Shown piece by piece: positions 1 to 14,643 of a stretch of 43,721 nucleotides of DNA (the first letter of the stretch is position 1; each line of letters opens with the position of its first letter). The DNA is taken from the NCBI GenBank assembly GCA_000320545.1, contig ADNK01001402.1, positions 1-43,721 on the forward strand, written 5' to 3'. This DNA is from Bigelowiella natans CCMP2755. Lineage: Eukaryota > Protista > Cercozoa. The position numbers were made by a program, and so were the translations under genes. A model generated the notes under the pieces. It was not told the DNA's origin. It worked only from the letters and a program-made list of their open reading frames with translations, and searched no databases.

Positions 1-1008
1 ATAATAACGAGAACGCTCGAAGAACAGTACAAATGGCAGCATAGTAACGTGTGCGTGGTATTGCGGCAGATTTCGTCTCTCCCCTCGAGCAAGGGGTACT
101 ACACACCTGCTTGGAGAGGATGATTTGAGTCTTCTTTGAATCGCTCCGGCAATGCTTGAGGGCGCCATCGAAGTCGCCTTGTTCTGTTGACCATGATCGT
201 ACATTAGTAGGAGGAGGAGGAGGAGGAGGAGGACAGGGACGACGGTGGTAGTGATGATAATGGTGATAATGATGATATGATGATCAATATACAGACAGCT
301 TCGTGCGTGTGTGCGGTGTGTGCGTGTGCGTGTGCGTGTGCATGTGCGTGTGCATGTGCGTGTGCGTGTGCGCGTGTGTGTGTAAGCGCGCGCACGTATG
401 CGTAACGTACGCAATAGAAGCCTCCAAATGTCTCTCTCCTCGTCTTCAATTATGATCTGCGCGTGCATATGAGGCAACAAATCAACATGCCGTGGCGACG
501 GTTGGATGCACACATCTTCGAGCTCCGCACACAATACTGCACGCAGGCAGAACATGATATCAAAGCCTCAAAACACTCACAACGCCGGAAGAAGAGAGGC
601 CAAACTACCGCCCCCGCCACCGCTATCACCAGCCCCCCGCACCTCAAAGACGCATCGGTCGGAGAACATCCAGAAAGTATCCTGCTTCAGGTCCGCAGCC
701 AGGCCTCGGAAGAGGCCATATCTACGTTCAGCATTCCCATACCATCCATCGTCATCATCGGCGTCATCATCACTGCTTTTGCAACTACTACTACTAGTAC
801 TACTACTACTACTACTACCACTACTATATAATACTAGCGCTGCTATGTAGTGTACCTCTTAGCATCGTCGCGAAGGGAAACATCGTACACAACTGCCTTG
901 CTCAGCCGATTCGCACAGGCAAACTAATTAATGGCAAGAATCCGTTGTAAAATCAAATGGCGGCTGTGGAGAGCCATCAAGCTGAAGCAAATCAAATTGA
1001 GGGACTAC

Positions 1009-1046
<38 letters not shown>

Positions 1047-1932
1047 ATATGTTTTATATTATGTGTGTGCGTGCATTTTGGACAAATGGAAGTGATCAAG
1101 CTGAAATGGTGATGGTGCGGTAGTCGTGTTCTCAGTACCCTTCCCCTGAAGAGCATGAGGTAGTGGAACTTGCTCACGGCGATGGAGAGAGGCGGCACCC
1201 GCACCACCGTCGAGTTGCTGCTCCCCCCCCCCCCGTCGAAGCTCTCTCCGATGTTCATACGCGCAGGGTTTGGGTAGTTGATCAATGTGTGTGTGTCGCA
1301 CACCTGCGTTGCGATGTTGTTGTTATTGTTTGCTGTTGTTGTTTTTATTGTTGTTTTCGGGGAACCAAAAAACCCAAAAAAATGGTCGTTCTCATTCTCT
1401 CAAAACAGAGTACAGAGAGAGACGAATTATTCATCGAGATGAGGCGGAAGGTGTGTGGGGGGAGGGGGGGGGGGATGTGGCACGTAGTTGTTGGGATGTG
1501 AGATGATCAGAGTAGACACTAACATAGATTGGACATGGGTTGTAGTAGTTACTTCATTTTACGCTATGCTACCATTATTATCGTTATTAATTTTATTATT
1601 ATCATTCTTTGTAGACAACAGTAGCACAGTAATAGTGCATGATACGAGCACCTTTTCCCCTGGATTTTGCGCTCCGTAGACAAGATCGCCTATGGTAGCG
1701 ATGATGATGATGATGATGGTAATGATGATGATGATGATGGTGATACTGCATCATAGCCGTTGACGATGACGAAGGGATATCAACGTTGTGCATGTACACG
1801 CACTTTGTCGGCTTCATAGAATGCAGAAGCAACAACAAGAAGACGTCATCATCATCATTATCATCACCATATCTGTTATTCTCATCATCGTTTTTCTTAG
1901 CTAGGAGCTCCTCATGATCGGCCGAACATTAC

Positions 1933-1974
<42 letters not shown>

Positions 1975-2410
1975 CCTTGGAAAATCCCTGCTTGCGTCAG
2001 CCATGCTACCTGGTAATATGCAGGTGATGACTCGTTAGTAACTGCAGCAGCATCGAAGAAAGGAAAAAACGACATCTTCTACTCACTCCTCACTAAAATA
2101 CCACAGTATTTCTGCGTCTTTTTATATAAAGTTAGGCTTTAATGTATATTTATTTCTACAATTTATATTAAAAGAAAAGACAACAATTGAGGATTCCTGG
2201 TTTTAATACTCTCATTTCCACGCTGCTAGTGGTATTTCTCTTTTCCCCTTCTTCTTCTTCTTCTTCTTCTTCTTCTTCTTCTTCGGGCTAATCAATCGCC
2301 ACCCTTTGGGCCGTGCCGTGGGGATATGCGTTGTACTGAAAGTGCAGCTCGCTTCGGTCAAGATTGCCTATTGATGAGATGAATGGTAGCAGATCACGAG
2401 AGGTCATATT

Positions 2411-2455
<45 letters not shown>

Positions 2456-2775
2456 TACGAGCAGAGCGATGCTAGACGTGGGGTCTGATATGATGCCGCG
2501 GCACGGCAGCAGCGTCTCCTTCGACTGTGCGTGTAGGAGGAAATAGGAGGAGTACCTGGGAGCTCCTGAAATCCGCGATTTCGGCTTCCAACATATCTAG
2601 CAAAGAGCGCCTCGAACGTCGGGCCTCCCACAAATTGGTAATGGCGAGTAGGAGTTGCTGCCATGACGAAGAACTGTGGAGGGGGGGAGGGAGGAGTCAT
2701 CAACAAATAACACAGTAGAGCATCATCATCAAAGGAGGTTGCGTCACATTCTGTTCGAGTGCCTGTAATCCCCCC

Positions 2776-2817
<42 letters not shown>

Positions 2818-2938
2818 TGGCACCCTCCTCCTCCTCCTCCTCCTCCTGTCCTTTAGGAATCAGGCATGAAGTTAGATATAGTGAGTGTTGTTGACGATGA
2901 TATTGAGTAAAGAACTCTCCTCATCCTCCTCCTCCTGT

Positions 2939-2970
<32 letters not shown>

Positions 2971-4455
2971 ACAATAATATCAATATCACCTTGGAGGATT
3001 CACCAGGAAACAGATCCATCTGCCCAATTACACAAATCGACGATATTTCAGTGAAAAGCGCAAGAGAGAATGAGATGTTGTTCATTCCTTCCTTCACGCA
3101 CCTGCAGCCCCATGATCGGCATTTCCGCGTCGCCAATGTTCCATAACCGCTTGCAGACCTTCTCTTTCCCATCCTTAGGTGGATGATGATGAGGCAAAAG
3201 TACTAATGAGTAGGCTGCGTGTTTTAATGATAATGCGTAGACGTGTTAAGGAAGGCACATCGATGTACAGAGGAAGTGATTACGACGACCCTACCTCAAT
3301 TAGCAACTCGTAGATAGCGCCAGTATTTGTACCGATTAAGACGCTGCATGAGGACACGCCGCTACCCTCGCCTCCGCTATTTCCTCCTGTGAAGATCGCG
3401 ACAATAAGGGTGGGGGATGGAATGATGGCAATGCTAACGGCATATTCTTCCCTAATAAAGATGATAATTCAGCAAATTGCTGCCGCTACTATCGGTTGTT
3501 GTTGTATCCACGTTACTGCACCTGCGAGGACGTTGACCTTGTTCCAAGCAACCGATTCGATGATGACGTTCTTCAGACCCTACATTGTACAATTACACAA
3601 TAACCACGCACCAATACACACACTTGAAATAGAGAATCGTATGGTATCATCAATAGCAGATGACCATGGAAAATACAACAGTGCCTGCACATGCAGGAGA
3701 AGGAGCAGATTCTGGCCAATTATTGCTCTGATTGACAAAGTCGCCATCAACTCGACTCGCCTACCCCCCCCCCCCCCCCAGCGCTAGCAGCAACAAATAG
3801 CAGCGACTGAACGACCTTAATGCTAACGCACGTGCGCTGCTTCTTGGATGTTGGGATGTAAAAATTCGACCCCTTTTCTGTGCTGACAAGACCGTGCTCC
3901 CCGTTTGGCTCGAGGAAAACCTACATATTTATATACAGATATTGGTAAAGAAGAATTGCTTCGAGTCGTAGTACTCTGTGTGCATAAGAGGGAGGGGAGC
4001 ACGGAGATCGTGTGCCAGCTGTCTTGCTTGACGCACAGATGCTTCACAGTAAGCGTCTCTTCCTCTTCCTCCTCCTCCTCCTCCTCCTCCTCTTTTATCA
4101 TAAACAACCTTATGGATGGGTTCACGAGACTTTGTGTCAATCGGTATTTTCCTGTCATCCAGCACCTACATTTAGTCGATACGAGGAGGAGAACGATCAG
4201 GCAGTGAAGATGCTATCGAGAGGTCACTACAAACCACCACCACCACCACCACCACCACCACTCAACAAATCTTAAGCACGATCTCACCGAAAAGCGGATG
4301 ACATGCCCCGACTCCGTTCCCATAAGAAGGATGTTATCGCCAGACGACAGCGAGGCGATTCGCCCTGTGTGGTGAGGTGGGGGGAAAGAGCGAGTTGGAT
4401 TTATTGAGAACAGATCTTCCCGCATCGATCCATCACCCATCAAAAGGCTACGAGA

Positions 4456-4493
<38 letters not shown>

Positions 4494-4575
4494 GATATTG
4501 TTCAATCGAGCATGTACCGTATCTTGGATCCAGTGACCATTCCAGCCTCTCGATTGCGAATATGTCCTCCTTTAA

Positions 4576-4608
<33 letters not shown>

Positions 4609-4743
4609 GGAGAAGAAGGGGGGGCAGCAAAATATTATCCGTGTGGTGGTGGTGATGGTGGCGGTACAGTGCTCATTATTTAACGCTGTGGAATTGAGAT
4701 TCTGACAAAACTAGCCACTTCGCAGTACACAATTATACTGATA

Positions 4744-4781
<38 letters not shown>

Positions 4782-4968
4782 CCTTTGCGTGTGTATATGG
4801 TTTAAGGAAACGTCCACCACACGGCATTATAGATCAAATTACATTTCCCCCTGCAGTGGGAAGCGGGGGGGGGAGGGGGGGTGGAGATCTTCCTTCGAAT
4901 CGTCACACAACACCAATTAGATGTTAGCTGAAAATTATCTTGCCAACCTCCATATCAGGATCCGCCAT
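1..4968 (-). CDS. VPS18: Vacuolar protein sorting 18 (Pep3/deep orange; HOPS/CORVET subunit), multi-exon; 3' part lies beyond the left edge
   Basis: Short GT-AG exons join in phase: MADPDME (4968-4948), EDIFAIERLEW, GRIASLSSGDNILLMGTESGHVIRF, IHK|VFLEPNGEH, GLKNVIIESVAWNK, VLIGTNTGAIYE, FFVMAATPTRHYQFVGG...FQELPG, SELHF, VAWLTQAGIFQG, PPLSIAVSKFHYLMLFRGR, GLAADLKQDTFWMFSDRCVFE|IIIEDERDIWRLLLQQGDFDGALKHC (last visible exon 183-107). These match, in order, the Vps18 N-terminal beta-propeller/Pep3 motifs as I recall them. Confidence 0.93.
301..400. repeat. Intronic (GT/GC)-dinucleotide microsatellite, representative of dozens of intronic simple sequence repeats
   Basis: tgtgcgtgtgcg repeats here. 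Elsewhere (TA)n occurs at ~1012, 2419, 19864, 23340, 23770, 24113 and 32082, (CT)n at ~4749, 10849, 14604, 19570, 24342, 24640 and 25670, alongside poly-C/G and trinucleotide runs. Confidence 0.9.
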
Positions 4969-5199
4969 TGTAGCACCGCCTCAATTTCGGTTTGCCTTCT
5001 CTCTTTGTCTCAATATTTCTCTTCCAAGAAATCCCTGAGATTGTCAAGTGAGGAAAATGGAACGGTTGAGAAGGGGGCGGGGGGGGCGCACCTGAGAGGG
5101 GTGATGATTTGTTGTTGGTGTTGTTTTGATGACACTTTAAATCTCGGCTTTCCCATTTACTCAAAAACAGCGTGAGAAAGGAAATATTTATCCGAAGTA

Positions 5200-5660
5200 T
5201 TTCGTATTAAATGTGGATTACTCTTTGGGTTCGGATGCATAACTCCAACCGTCTCAAGTTGACACACTAGGTTCAATCTGAGGATGTTGATCCGACAAAT
5301 GCTGACGTAAATTCCCTCTGAACTCAGGACCAAAACCCACAATTTGCCCCCCTCATCCTCGATCTGTCCTCTTTGTGATGCTGGAGCTGTTCAAAGTGTC
5401 AACCACCTCATTCATCATTGTGCTCACTTGAATGTTGTGAGAATTCAATTGTTCTCCAGCATCAGAGCAGCTCTCGGGCCTGCTCTCCTGCCTGCTCTTC
5501 ACTTTTTGATGCCCCTGACTCTGTCAAGACCAAAGTCTTGCTCGATGCCCCCTCGGTTGTCCCCAACGTTGATCTCCGTGTGGACGTAGCTGTCAGGAAG
5601 TTCCTGCTCAGGATTGATGCCTTGCGTCGTCGTCACTTGGCTGCTAGTTGTGATGCTTTT
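5200..5660 (+). mobile_element. Degenerate, 5'-truncated non-LTR retrotransposon (LINE) ORF2 C-terminal remnant
   Basis: FRIKCG-like motif at ~5200, then a CCHC-type knuckle CPLCDAGAVQSVNHLIHHC (~5364-5420). After a frameshift at the T-run near 5500 the frame continues ...KVLLDAPSVVPNVDLRVDVAVRKFLLRIDALRRRHL, typical of LINE ORF2 ends. In-frame stops lie upstream and no reverse transcriptase core is visible. Confidence 0.6.
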
Positions 5661-6431
5661 CAATGCTTAGATCGTGCCAATTTGCAGTTGCGATCGACGA
5701 TGGAACGATTCATGTGCAGGCGTCCACAAGTCAGCTGGCAGGCACGCCAAGTGCACAGCACAGCGACTGCATGCGACAAGCTGGCAAGTCATCGCATCAA
5801 CATGCACACTCCAGCAGCCAGGCGGTCTAGCGGTCCGATCCAGCGGCGATGCGCACATCGCACAGCCCAGCTAGCTAGCTAGACAGTGCCGTTGCTGTGC
5901 GGCTTCCAGCTTGGTGAACACCTGGACATGGGATGTGTGCTGAAAGATGCATTGATGTCTCAATTGTGTTCTTCTGTCTTGCGTGCTCCCGCCTGCTCCT
6001 CCTGCATGCACACACTCTAGCACTAGCTACTAGCTAGCTAGCATGCGCATCTGAAAGCGACCTACAAGCATGTGAAGATGCCATGCACAAGATCCATGCA
6101 CGCACACCAGCACTACGTGCGCAACATCAGCAATGCGTGGCATCACGGCATCATGTCAAGATGCATGGACCCATGTCTAGATGTGGCTCAAAGTCGATGC
6201 TATGCATACAGTGTGTAACTTCATGCAGTCATGTCCACAATCTTAAATCACAGGCACTCGCATGCAACGCATCGACTCTCATTCTCAAGAAATTGGCTAA
6301 TGTAACAACCTCTAGATTAGTTAACAATCACTAGAGCAAGGTGAGCAATACTGTAACTACTAACATAAGATCTAGATGATATCATCGAGATCATTTACAT
6401 TTATGTGTATCACATGTAGATATACTTTTAT

Positions 6432-6481
<50 letters not shown>

Positions 6482-6593
6482 GTCTCTGTGTGTCGTGTGT
6501 GTCTGTTGTGGAGGCACCAACCAACCGAGCAGCATCGTTTGAGTGTATCCATGTTACCGAGGACGATACTCCTCTACCGCTGTTGCAGTTGTA

Positions 6594-7263
6594 TCATGTC
6601 TGCGAACAATTCTTGCAAACATAGGAGTCACCGAGATTCTCCGCCTCAAGTTTTGTCATTCCGATGCACTTTGGATGGAACCAGTCCGCGCACTTGTCGC
6701 AGCCGATCTGCAGAAAGAAGAAATTACGATGAGCCCAAATCTACCTATTTCTTCAAGAAACTTTCACGGACACGAAAGATGCCAGATGACATTCCAATCA
6801 AATAAAAAAAAATGGACAGCAAGAAAGAGACACCTACACTGTACGGCAAATATTACTACTTCTACTACTACCATGAAAGCGCCCTCATCGTAAGGGGTTT
6901 TACACACGCAGTAGAGCGTGAGTTTCAGCTTGAGAGCCTCGATCTCCTTTACTTCGAGAGTTGGGGGTAGCTGTTCCTTACAGCTCGCAAGGAAGCGTTC
7001 TGATACTGGAGTGCCTGGCTTCCATTTCTTCTGCAGGCCCTTCTTTGCCATCGCGCGCAGCTTCTTTGCTTTTGCTATCACTGTCCTTAGCACTTTCGCC
7101 TCGATAGGCAGCGTTGACGATGAGGACGAAGCTGATGATGATGATGATGACGCAGCAGGCGCCAAGGAAGAAGGAGGAGGCCCTGACGATGATGCCGCCG
7201 TCCTTGCTGCTCTTCTTTGTCGCTTATTGGGATTCGCCACTGCTACGCTATCGTCGTTGCTAC

Positions 7264-7300
<37 letters not shown>

Positions 7301-9753
7301 GATAGCAGGAGCATGGTGCAGCAGTTGAGTCCTCTTCTCGTGGTGGTCATCGTTCCTTTGTGGCTGCTGCTGCTGCAATTGCTGCACAGGGACATGGCTC
7401 TTACGCTTCAGGGGCATCGATGCTGAAGGATCTGTGGCCATCATCTTCTTCGTGACGCGAGCAGGGGAAATATTCTGATTTTTCGCGACGACAGCTAACT
7501 CCATGACGTTGCTCTCTTTCTCTCGCCCCTCTTCCATCTTAACGACGGTTGAAGAGGTGGGCTTTGCTGCTACTGTCACGATATTCATCTTTTGGTCTGC
7601 CAATGATGCAGCAGCCTTCTCCTCTCCACAGCAGCCTCTTCCTCCTCCCCCTCCTCCGTTTGCTTTAGTCTCCTCCACCACCATCTCAACCTTCTTTTCT
7701 TTCTTCACAGCGACGACGACGATGCCCTTCATCTTCTTTCCCTCCCCGTCCTCTTCAATCTTCATCGATTTTTCCGCCGCGTTTGTCGCTTCCCGACCAC
7801 CTTCTCCTCGTCCTTCTCGGCGTCGGTCTCTTTCCTCCTCCTCCTCCTCCTCCTCCTCCTTCTTTACCCTCATCCTCTGCCTACTACGCTGGTTCAGCCT
7901 CTTGGCCAGCTTGCTGGTGTAGAAGTTGGAGAGCCCCTCGAGATCTAGGAGATCACTGTACGATGCGAGTGTCAACCGAACGTCCGCGCGGAAGAGGAAG
8001 AGTTGTGCGTCGAGTTCTTCCTGAAAGCTGACGTTGAATTTATGCATTTGGACCACCGCGTGCTTTACCCTCTCCACCTGTGACTGCGGAAATTTGGGCA
8101 TCTGCTTCCACGATAACGGTGGCGGCTTTGGCACGCTGACGTTTTTCATGGCTTTGTTGTTGTTGTTGTTGTTGTTGTCGTTATCATCGTCACCACACTC
8201 GGCGGTGGCACCACACTCTGCTCGTACTTGCTCTGAGGCCTCTTTGAGCGTGGCGGTGAAGCTGTCCCGGGCGCGTTTGAAGTGTCGCATCAGCAATCTA
8301 AGCATTTTGAACTCGGGCAGCATGAGCTGGCTGTTCTCCTGATTGTCGTATTTCTTGCAAAGCTCCTCCAGCTGCGAGTACTGGGGATGTGCGATGGCTA
8401 TAGTGGGCGACCCGAATTGGTAGGGAACGTCCTCCTTCTTGCAGCACTTCGGGCAGCGAAACTTGGCCGAATCGCCTCCCTCCAGCAACTTCTTCATCTG
8501 TGTGGACATTGACGATGATACTGATTAGTTGTGGTCATGTTTGCAACAACGGTGATGGTGTGGCGGACGTGTTATTGTTTTTGCAATGTTGTCGTATTGT
8601 TGTCGTAGTAAGCTCGTACGTCGGCAGCGTTGATGTTGACGCAGGTCCCGTGGTACCATTGCTGACAGAAATCGCAACTAATCATTGCCACCCCTTTCAT
8701 ATCCGGCCGCCTGCAGACGCAGTAGATCTCCTCCCCCTGCAAAACACAGCATTTTATTTTAAAAAGAGTACCTTTGGCGGTTATGGAAAGCGCACAAAGG
8801 CAACAACAACACGACACCACGTACCCCCCTGACAGCACCACCATTTCAACGCTACCTTGGTATTCTTATCGCTGTCGCCGAAACGCTCTCGGATTTGCGC
8901 AAGAGTAGTCCATTTGACGGGGAGCGAGAGGAGTATAGAATGCAATGCGTTTTTGAGGCTGAGAAAGCGCGGCCGTGGCGTGAACAGCCGATCAAGCACC
9001 GCCAGCATCCCACCTCCATTCTTAGATAGGTCTTTGAGCCGCTCGAGGCACGCCAGCCTGCGACGACCGGGTTCAATTAATCAGTCAATCAACCAACCGT
9101 AAAACAACTAGCAGGATCATCAATGCCATCACTGTAATAAAACCTTAGCTTGAGGACTTTCGCTTCCACGAGGAGCTCCTTCGCGATTCGTAGTTTGTCG
9201 TCACAGAAACTACTAGTCCCGCCCTCGTTTCCTTCTTCCAACGCCCTCTCCGCCTCTTTCTGCTCGTCCTCTGCGAGACGCTGTTCGAGTAGGTGCCGGG
9301 GAAGCTTCAAGGTCTCACCCTCCATGATGCTTGGGAAGGTCTGAAGTTGAGGAGGGGGAAGATGAACGGCATTGCTAGATGGGCGTGCGTGTACGTGGAT
9401 CAATATGGCGCGTTTATCTTCTTCACTTGCCTACAACTACAATTTGTTGTCCAACGACGACGATAGTTACTACTACTTCTACCACCAGCACCTTCCATGC
9501 CTTCAAAAGCCAATCTAAGCATCGTTGGCTGAGCGCGGGCAGCCGATCCGCCTGCGGAATCTTTATGTTGAGGCGATTCGCCTCAGCCTGGAGCTCCACG
9601 AGCATTGGGAGCGACACCAGATTGTCGAGTACGTACTTGGAATATCTGAGAGAAAGCAGGAGAGTGAGAGTGAGAGTGAGAGAGAGAGGCGCATGTTCAG
9701 ATTTGCACCGATGAACGAAATGGTGCAGACTCTGCTGCTGTTGCTGCTGCTAT

Positions 9754-9785
<32 letters not shown>

Positions 9786-10843
9786 TGGATTTTATCTCAC
9801 GATTCGCTCTGCTCCTCTCGTGTTTGCTGTCTCTAAGGAGGTGGTTTTGATTTCGAGGGACGACCACCTTCTGAGCCAATCCTGGCCGATTTTATATGCC
9901 TTCCCCAAGGTGCTGCGAGCATATTGCACGATGCTGCGGTCCATCGATATGATGTGAGACTGACTCCTCTCCCTTCCACCTTCCTCATCATCGTCATTGT
10001 CATCATCACGCTGCGACTTCTCTTCCTCAATCGCGATGAACCTTTTCCATTCACATGTTCGTTATTGCAATATCGCCATCAATCCATCCGAGTATTACAA
10101 TCATATAACAACAATAACAACAACAACAACAACAACAGCAGCAGCAGCAGCAGCACACAGGAGGCGAGCGGACCACGACGAGATCACGAGGACTTCGAGA
10201 GACCAATTAGGAGGCAAAAACACCACCAGCAGCCCACTCCCCCCTAATTACACATCTGCACTTACTCATCGGTGGCGAAAGCAAGCGCTTGGCGATCACT
10301 GCTGTGAAGCTGTACGAGCCGGCTCCATGGCACTCTCTTGCTTGATGTCGTGCTCTTAACCTTCGTCGGGCTCTGCGTCTTCTTCCTAGCAGCAGCAGCA
10401 CCTCTTGCAGCGATGATGGCCTCAGCAGCCCACAACAGTCTCAGGACACGTCGCGCCGCGGGGAAATCTGCTTTCAGCTCCATCACCTTGGCAGCAAGAC
10501 GTGCAAGCAGCGTTTGTTTGAACATGGATAATTCTGCTGTACTACTGGCACTGTCATCATCATCGTCGTTGTTATCGACTGAGGAGCTGCCACATCTTCC
10601 GTTCTCCCCCCCCCCTTCAGACGGTATGAGAGCATGGAAGCGAGAGAGCAGGGCTTGAGGGGACGACGGTTTCGGGAGAAGCAGAGCCTCTTCTAGAGCT
10701 GCCACTGCAGCGATGTGCCTTTCGAGCTCAGGAAGCAAGGGCAAGCGAACGAAGATCTTGGAACTCTGCCAGCGTAAATTGTATATGTGTGAGAAGAAAA
10801 TCACCCTCATCCGCACATAGAATCGTTAGTTGGATGGGCCGCC

Positions 10844-10894
<51 letters not shown>

Positions 10895-13800
10895 CTTGTG
10901 CGGTATGTGTGTGTATGTGTCAAGATTCTGTTTGCTTTTGTAGAGCAGCACCAACATCAACACCAACAGCAGCAGCAGCAGCAGCAGCCCACCTCAGCTT
11001 CAAGCTCTCTGAGCTCAGCAATGCTGTAGAGCCTCTTTGGAGAACGATGATGGGAGTGTGGGTGCTCCCCTTCTTTTGCAGTCTTACTGGTGCTGTTGTT
11101 CGTGGGCTTGTCACCTCCTCCTCCACCAGCCCTACTACCACTACTACTACTACTATTTCCCTTCTTCGTCTCTGGCAGAGCGGCACGAACTCTCTCGATC
11201 CAATCCTGATGACGACGACGACGACGACGACGGGTTGTAAATGAATATCACAATGAGATCAATTTGAGGGCAGAGGAAGAGGAAATAGAAGAAGAAGAAA
11301 AAGGAGAAGAAGAAGAAAGGCTTCGGTTCCTTGCGATCCCTCCCTACCTCCCTCCCTCACAAGCACCGTCTCCATGCTGATGATATTCACTTCGACTCCC
11401 AGTCACCACAACATGCAACCGCCACCGCAACCACCATCATACCTTAGCCTTATTGATAAGTTCTTCGAGGCGATCTTCGCCAATATCCACGAAGCGCTTT
11501 CTGTCCACAAGCTCTTTCCGTATCATCCTCAGCTTCTGGATGCTTACAGAATCTTGGGCAGTAGAGGTCACCTTCATCACCTGAGCATGAGCCTCCTCAC
11601 ACGCTCGGATAGAGAAAAATAGCCGTCTTTCCACCAGCTCTCTCCCCTCCATAGTCATAGCTGCTGCGGCCGATGCTGCCAGCACCTGAGTAGATCCCCT
11701 TCCTCCTCCCCTGCCTGCCACAAGGCCGCTGCTGCTGCTACTACTACCGCCACCTCCCCCACTTGCTTTTGCAGCCGAAGAGAGGTGAATTGGAGAGCGA
11801 CGAGTCCATCCAAGTAGCTTCTCGAGCTCCACGAGCTGCTCACGCGCCGTCGCTAGTCGTTTCAGATAGCCGAAGTCTACGATTTGGCTGTTGTTGGCGC
11901 CAGCGCCGCGGTGGTCGGTCATCCATTCCGCACCGTTGGCTGCTGCCTGCGGGGTTGCTTCCTTCACGCACTGGGTCCAGAGCTGCCACGTGAGGACGTG
12001 CTCCACGGCACACGCGAGGAGGGGGGAGGAGAGCCGCTTATCGTTGTATCTTTTGAGCAGCTCCTTGGCCCCCGCCCAACCGGAACTGCAGCAGTTCTTC
12101 GTGCTCAGTTGTTTGAGGAAGAGACGAGCATCGCGCTGCCATTCCACGGCAGCCTCCAGCCGACCGCACACAAGTTCCGCCTCAGGTGTTAGCAGAGCCA
12201 CCTCCTCCATCTTACTGTAAAGGGAGAGAAGCTGGGCCACACTAGTCGCGTGCACACCGCCGAGCAGCTCTTGATGCTGCTTCTCTTCATAACCCCCAGC
12301 GGTGGGGGGGACTACTTTCGCCAACTTGTTACCATTATCATCATCCTCCTCCATCATCGCCATCGTCCTGTTGCTGTCGCTGCTGCTCAAGATCTGATAG
12401 CTGTTGTCTTTGGAAAGCAGCAAGGAGCGCACCGCCGTCTTCCCTCTCGTCGCACAGAAATGCGAGTAAGGGAGCTTCGTGAGGCAGCGATAACGGGGCC
12501 TGGTTTCTTGCGCGAGCTTAGATTTCACTTCCCTCGCAAAGACCTCCGCAGATCCGATTAGATTTTGCAGGTCCTGCTGCTGGCTGGCGAGAGTCACGGG
12601 AAGCCTCAGAGACTCTTTCAAAAGCTGCTTGCATCGCCGCAGGCTGATGCGATCCGGGCGCTCCGCAGAACCCCCCCCCCTCCTCTGGTTCCTCCTTGCC
12701 TCGAATTCCTCGAGGGACTCCAGTGGCCGCTTGCGCTTGAGCCGCGCCTTCCGCGATTCCTCCTGAACCAGCAGCTGCGTTCTTGTAGACACGAAGCACG
12801 TGGTGTGGCATTCAGCATCCTTCGTGACCGCCTCGTGAGTGCGCAGCCATTCTTTCACTCGGTCCATGCGTGCTTGCAGCTCGTACAGCTCGGGGATGAG
12901 GAAGGGGCTGGACCGCGCTTTGGAGAGCAGCTCCGCCACGGCGTTCCACGTGGGCTTGCGCTTCCGACGGCCCGTCTTCTCATCGACTTCCAGGCGATTT
13001 TCCAGGGCCATCACAAGACTATCACGGATCGTGTTTGCCTGCGAGCGATGCGGACCAGGTCAAAAGGGAAAGATATATTAATGGGGGGGGAGGGAGGTGT
13101 GATACCATATCGAAAAATCTACAGGCGAAATAAGGAGAGGGACGGAGGGAAGGCCACAAAATATCTATCATATGATCTATTACTACTTCTATTGCTACTA
13201 CTACTACTACCTCCGCAATCATTCCTTTCAGCCTCTTATATTCTGAACCCCAGAGCAGTCCCTTTGGCAGTTGATTGGCCTTATGCTCCGCACACTCAAC
13301 CACCGTCTCGAGTGCTGGTCTTCGATCCTTCTCGACACTCCTGAACGCTGTTACCCGAGATGGTAGGCGGGAGAACCGCACAACGTCCGCAGCCTTTCGA
13401 GAGACAACATATATCGTCGTGAAACAGAAGAAATCAACCAGTTCCAAGTGCATAATTACACCCAAAACCATAAATAATCCCCCCCCTCCCATGAAAACAA
13501 AGCAGATGAGCGCATGGAAAGTTTCCCCCACGGTATTAAAACAACAGAGGTAGATGCAGCCGCCGCTGTCGTAGCCGCAGAGAAGGAAAAGGCTTGACTC
13601 ACCGTGATCTCAAGCGTTAGCAGCTTCCGGTAGCGCATGCGAGTGGGGTCCTGCGGGCGTCCGGCCCAGATAAATGCTCGGCCACTTCGGAGAAGCTTTT
13701 TGAGCTTCCCCCTCTCGCTAGTTATTGCATCGGCCGAAGGTGGAAGGGAAGGAGGATTGGTGGTGGTGGTGGTGGTGGTAGTAGTAGTAGTAGTAGCAGT

Positions 13801-14603
13801 AGCAGTAGCAGTAGCACTGTCATCAGCTTTGCTTTGCGGGTCTTCCTCCATCATGGCATCGCCGGTGATGTTCTTTTCATTACTACTGTCGTCGTCGTCA
13901 CAAGTACCGCAGACGACGACGGTAGCAGCAGCAGCAGCAGCAGCAGCAGCCTGCTCCTCTTCGAGGAATTTGTCGACTGAGGCACGCCAAGCCTTGGCCT
14001 TTTCTTCCATCTCACGCTCAGCCGCCAAGATACGCTTTTGGTCATCAACGACCCCTCCTGCAGGATATGGAAAGACGCTGTTGTTCTCCGCCCTGATTGC
14101 CCGTACCTTGCGGTCGAGCAAATCGCTTGATCTTCTCCCTAGCCCTCCTCGTTGTTCCCCCCCCCTTCCTTCCTTTCTTCCCTCGACCTCTCCAGACACC
14201 AAGCGCTGATCCACTATGGAGGTAAGGAGATCTAGCTCACTCAAGGAAAACCTGCGCGCGTGGAGGAGGAAAGACAGCGATAAGGGAGAGAGAGGGGGGG
14301 GGGGAGGAGAGGGTGTTTGATCAATTGGAGGAAACATGCTTCCTGCTAGGACTTCTTTGCGATGTGTGACGACGACGACGACGATGATGATGGTGATGAT
14401 TTTGTACAGAGCAGCAGTTTATCAAACAACTCCGTTATTCTATTCTATTTGTTTCCTACCCACCATCAGGCCAGCAATTCCGCACATGCAAGGTATCTTC
14501 CTCTTATTCGTGTTCTTCTGATTCTCCTCCTCCCTCTCTTCTCATCATCATTCTTCTTCTTCTTCTTCTTCTTCTTCTTCTTCTTTTCTTCATCACCGTC
14601 TGA

Positions 14604-14643
<40 letters not shown>

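Noticed and set aside
12565-13344. Long + strand ORFs (12565-13344, 13637-14209, 14855-15457, 6918-7328, 7503-7922)
   Set aside because: They are antisense shadows of GC-rich KDM5 exons and microsatellites, with no independent motifs.
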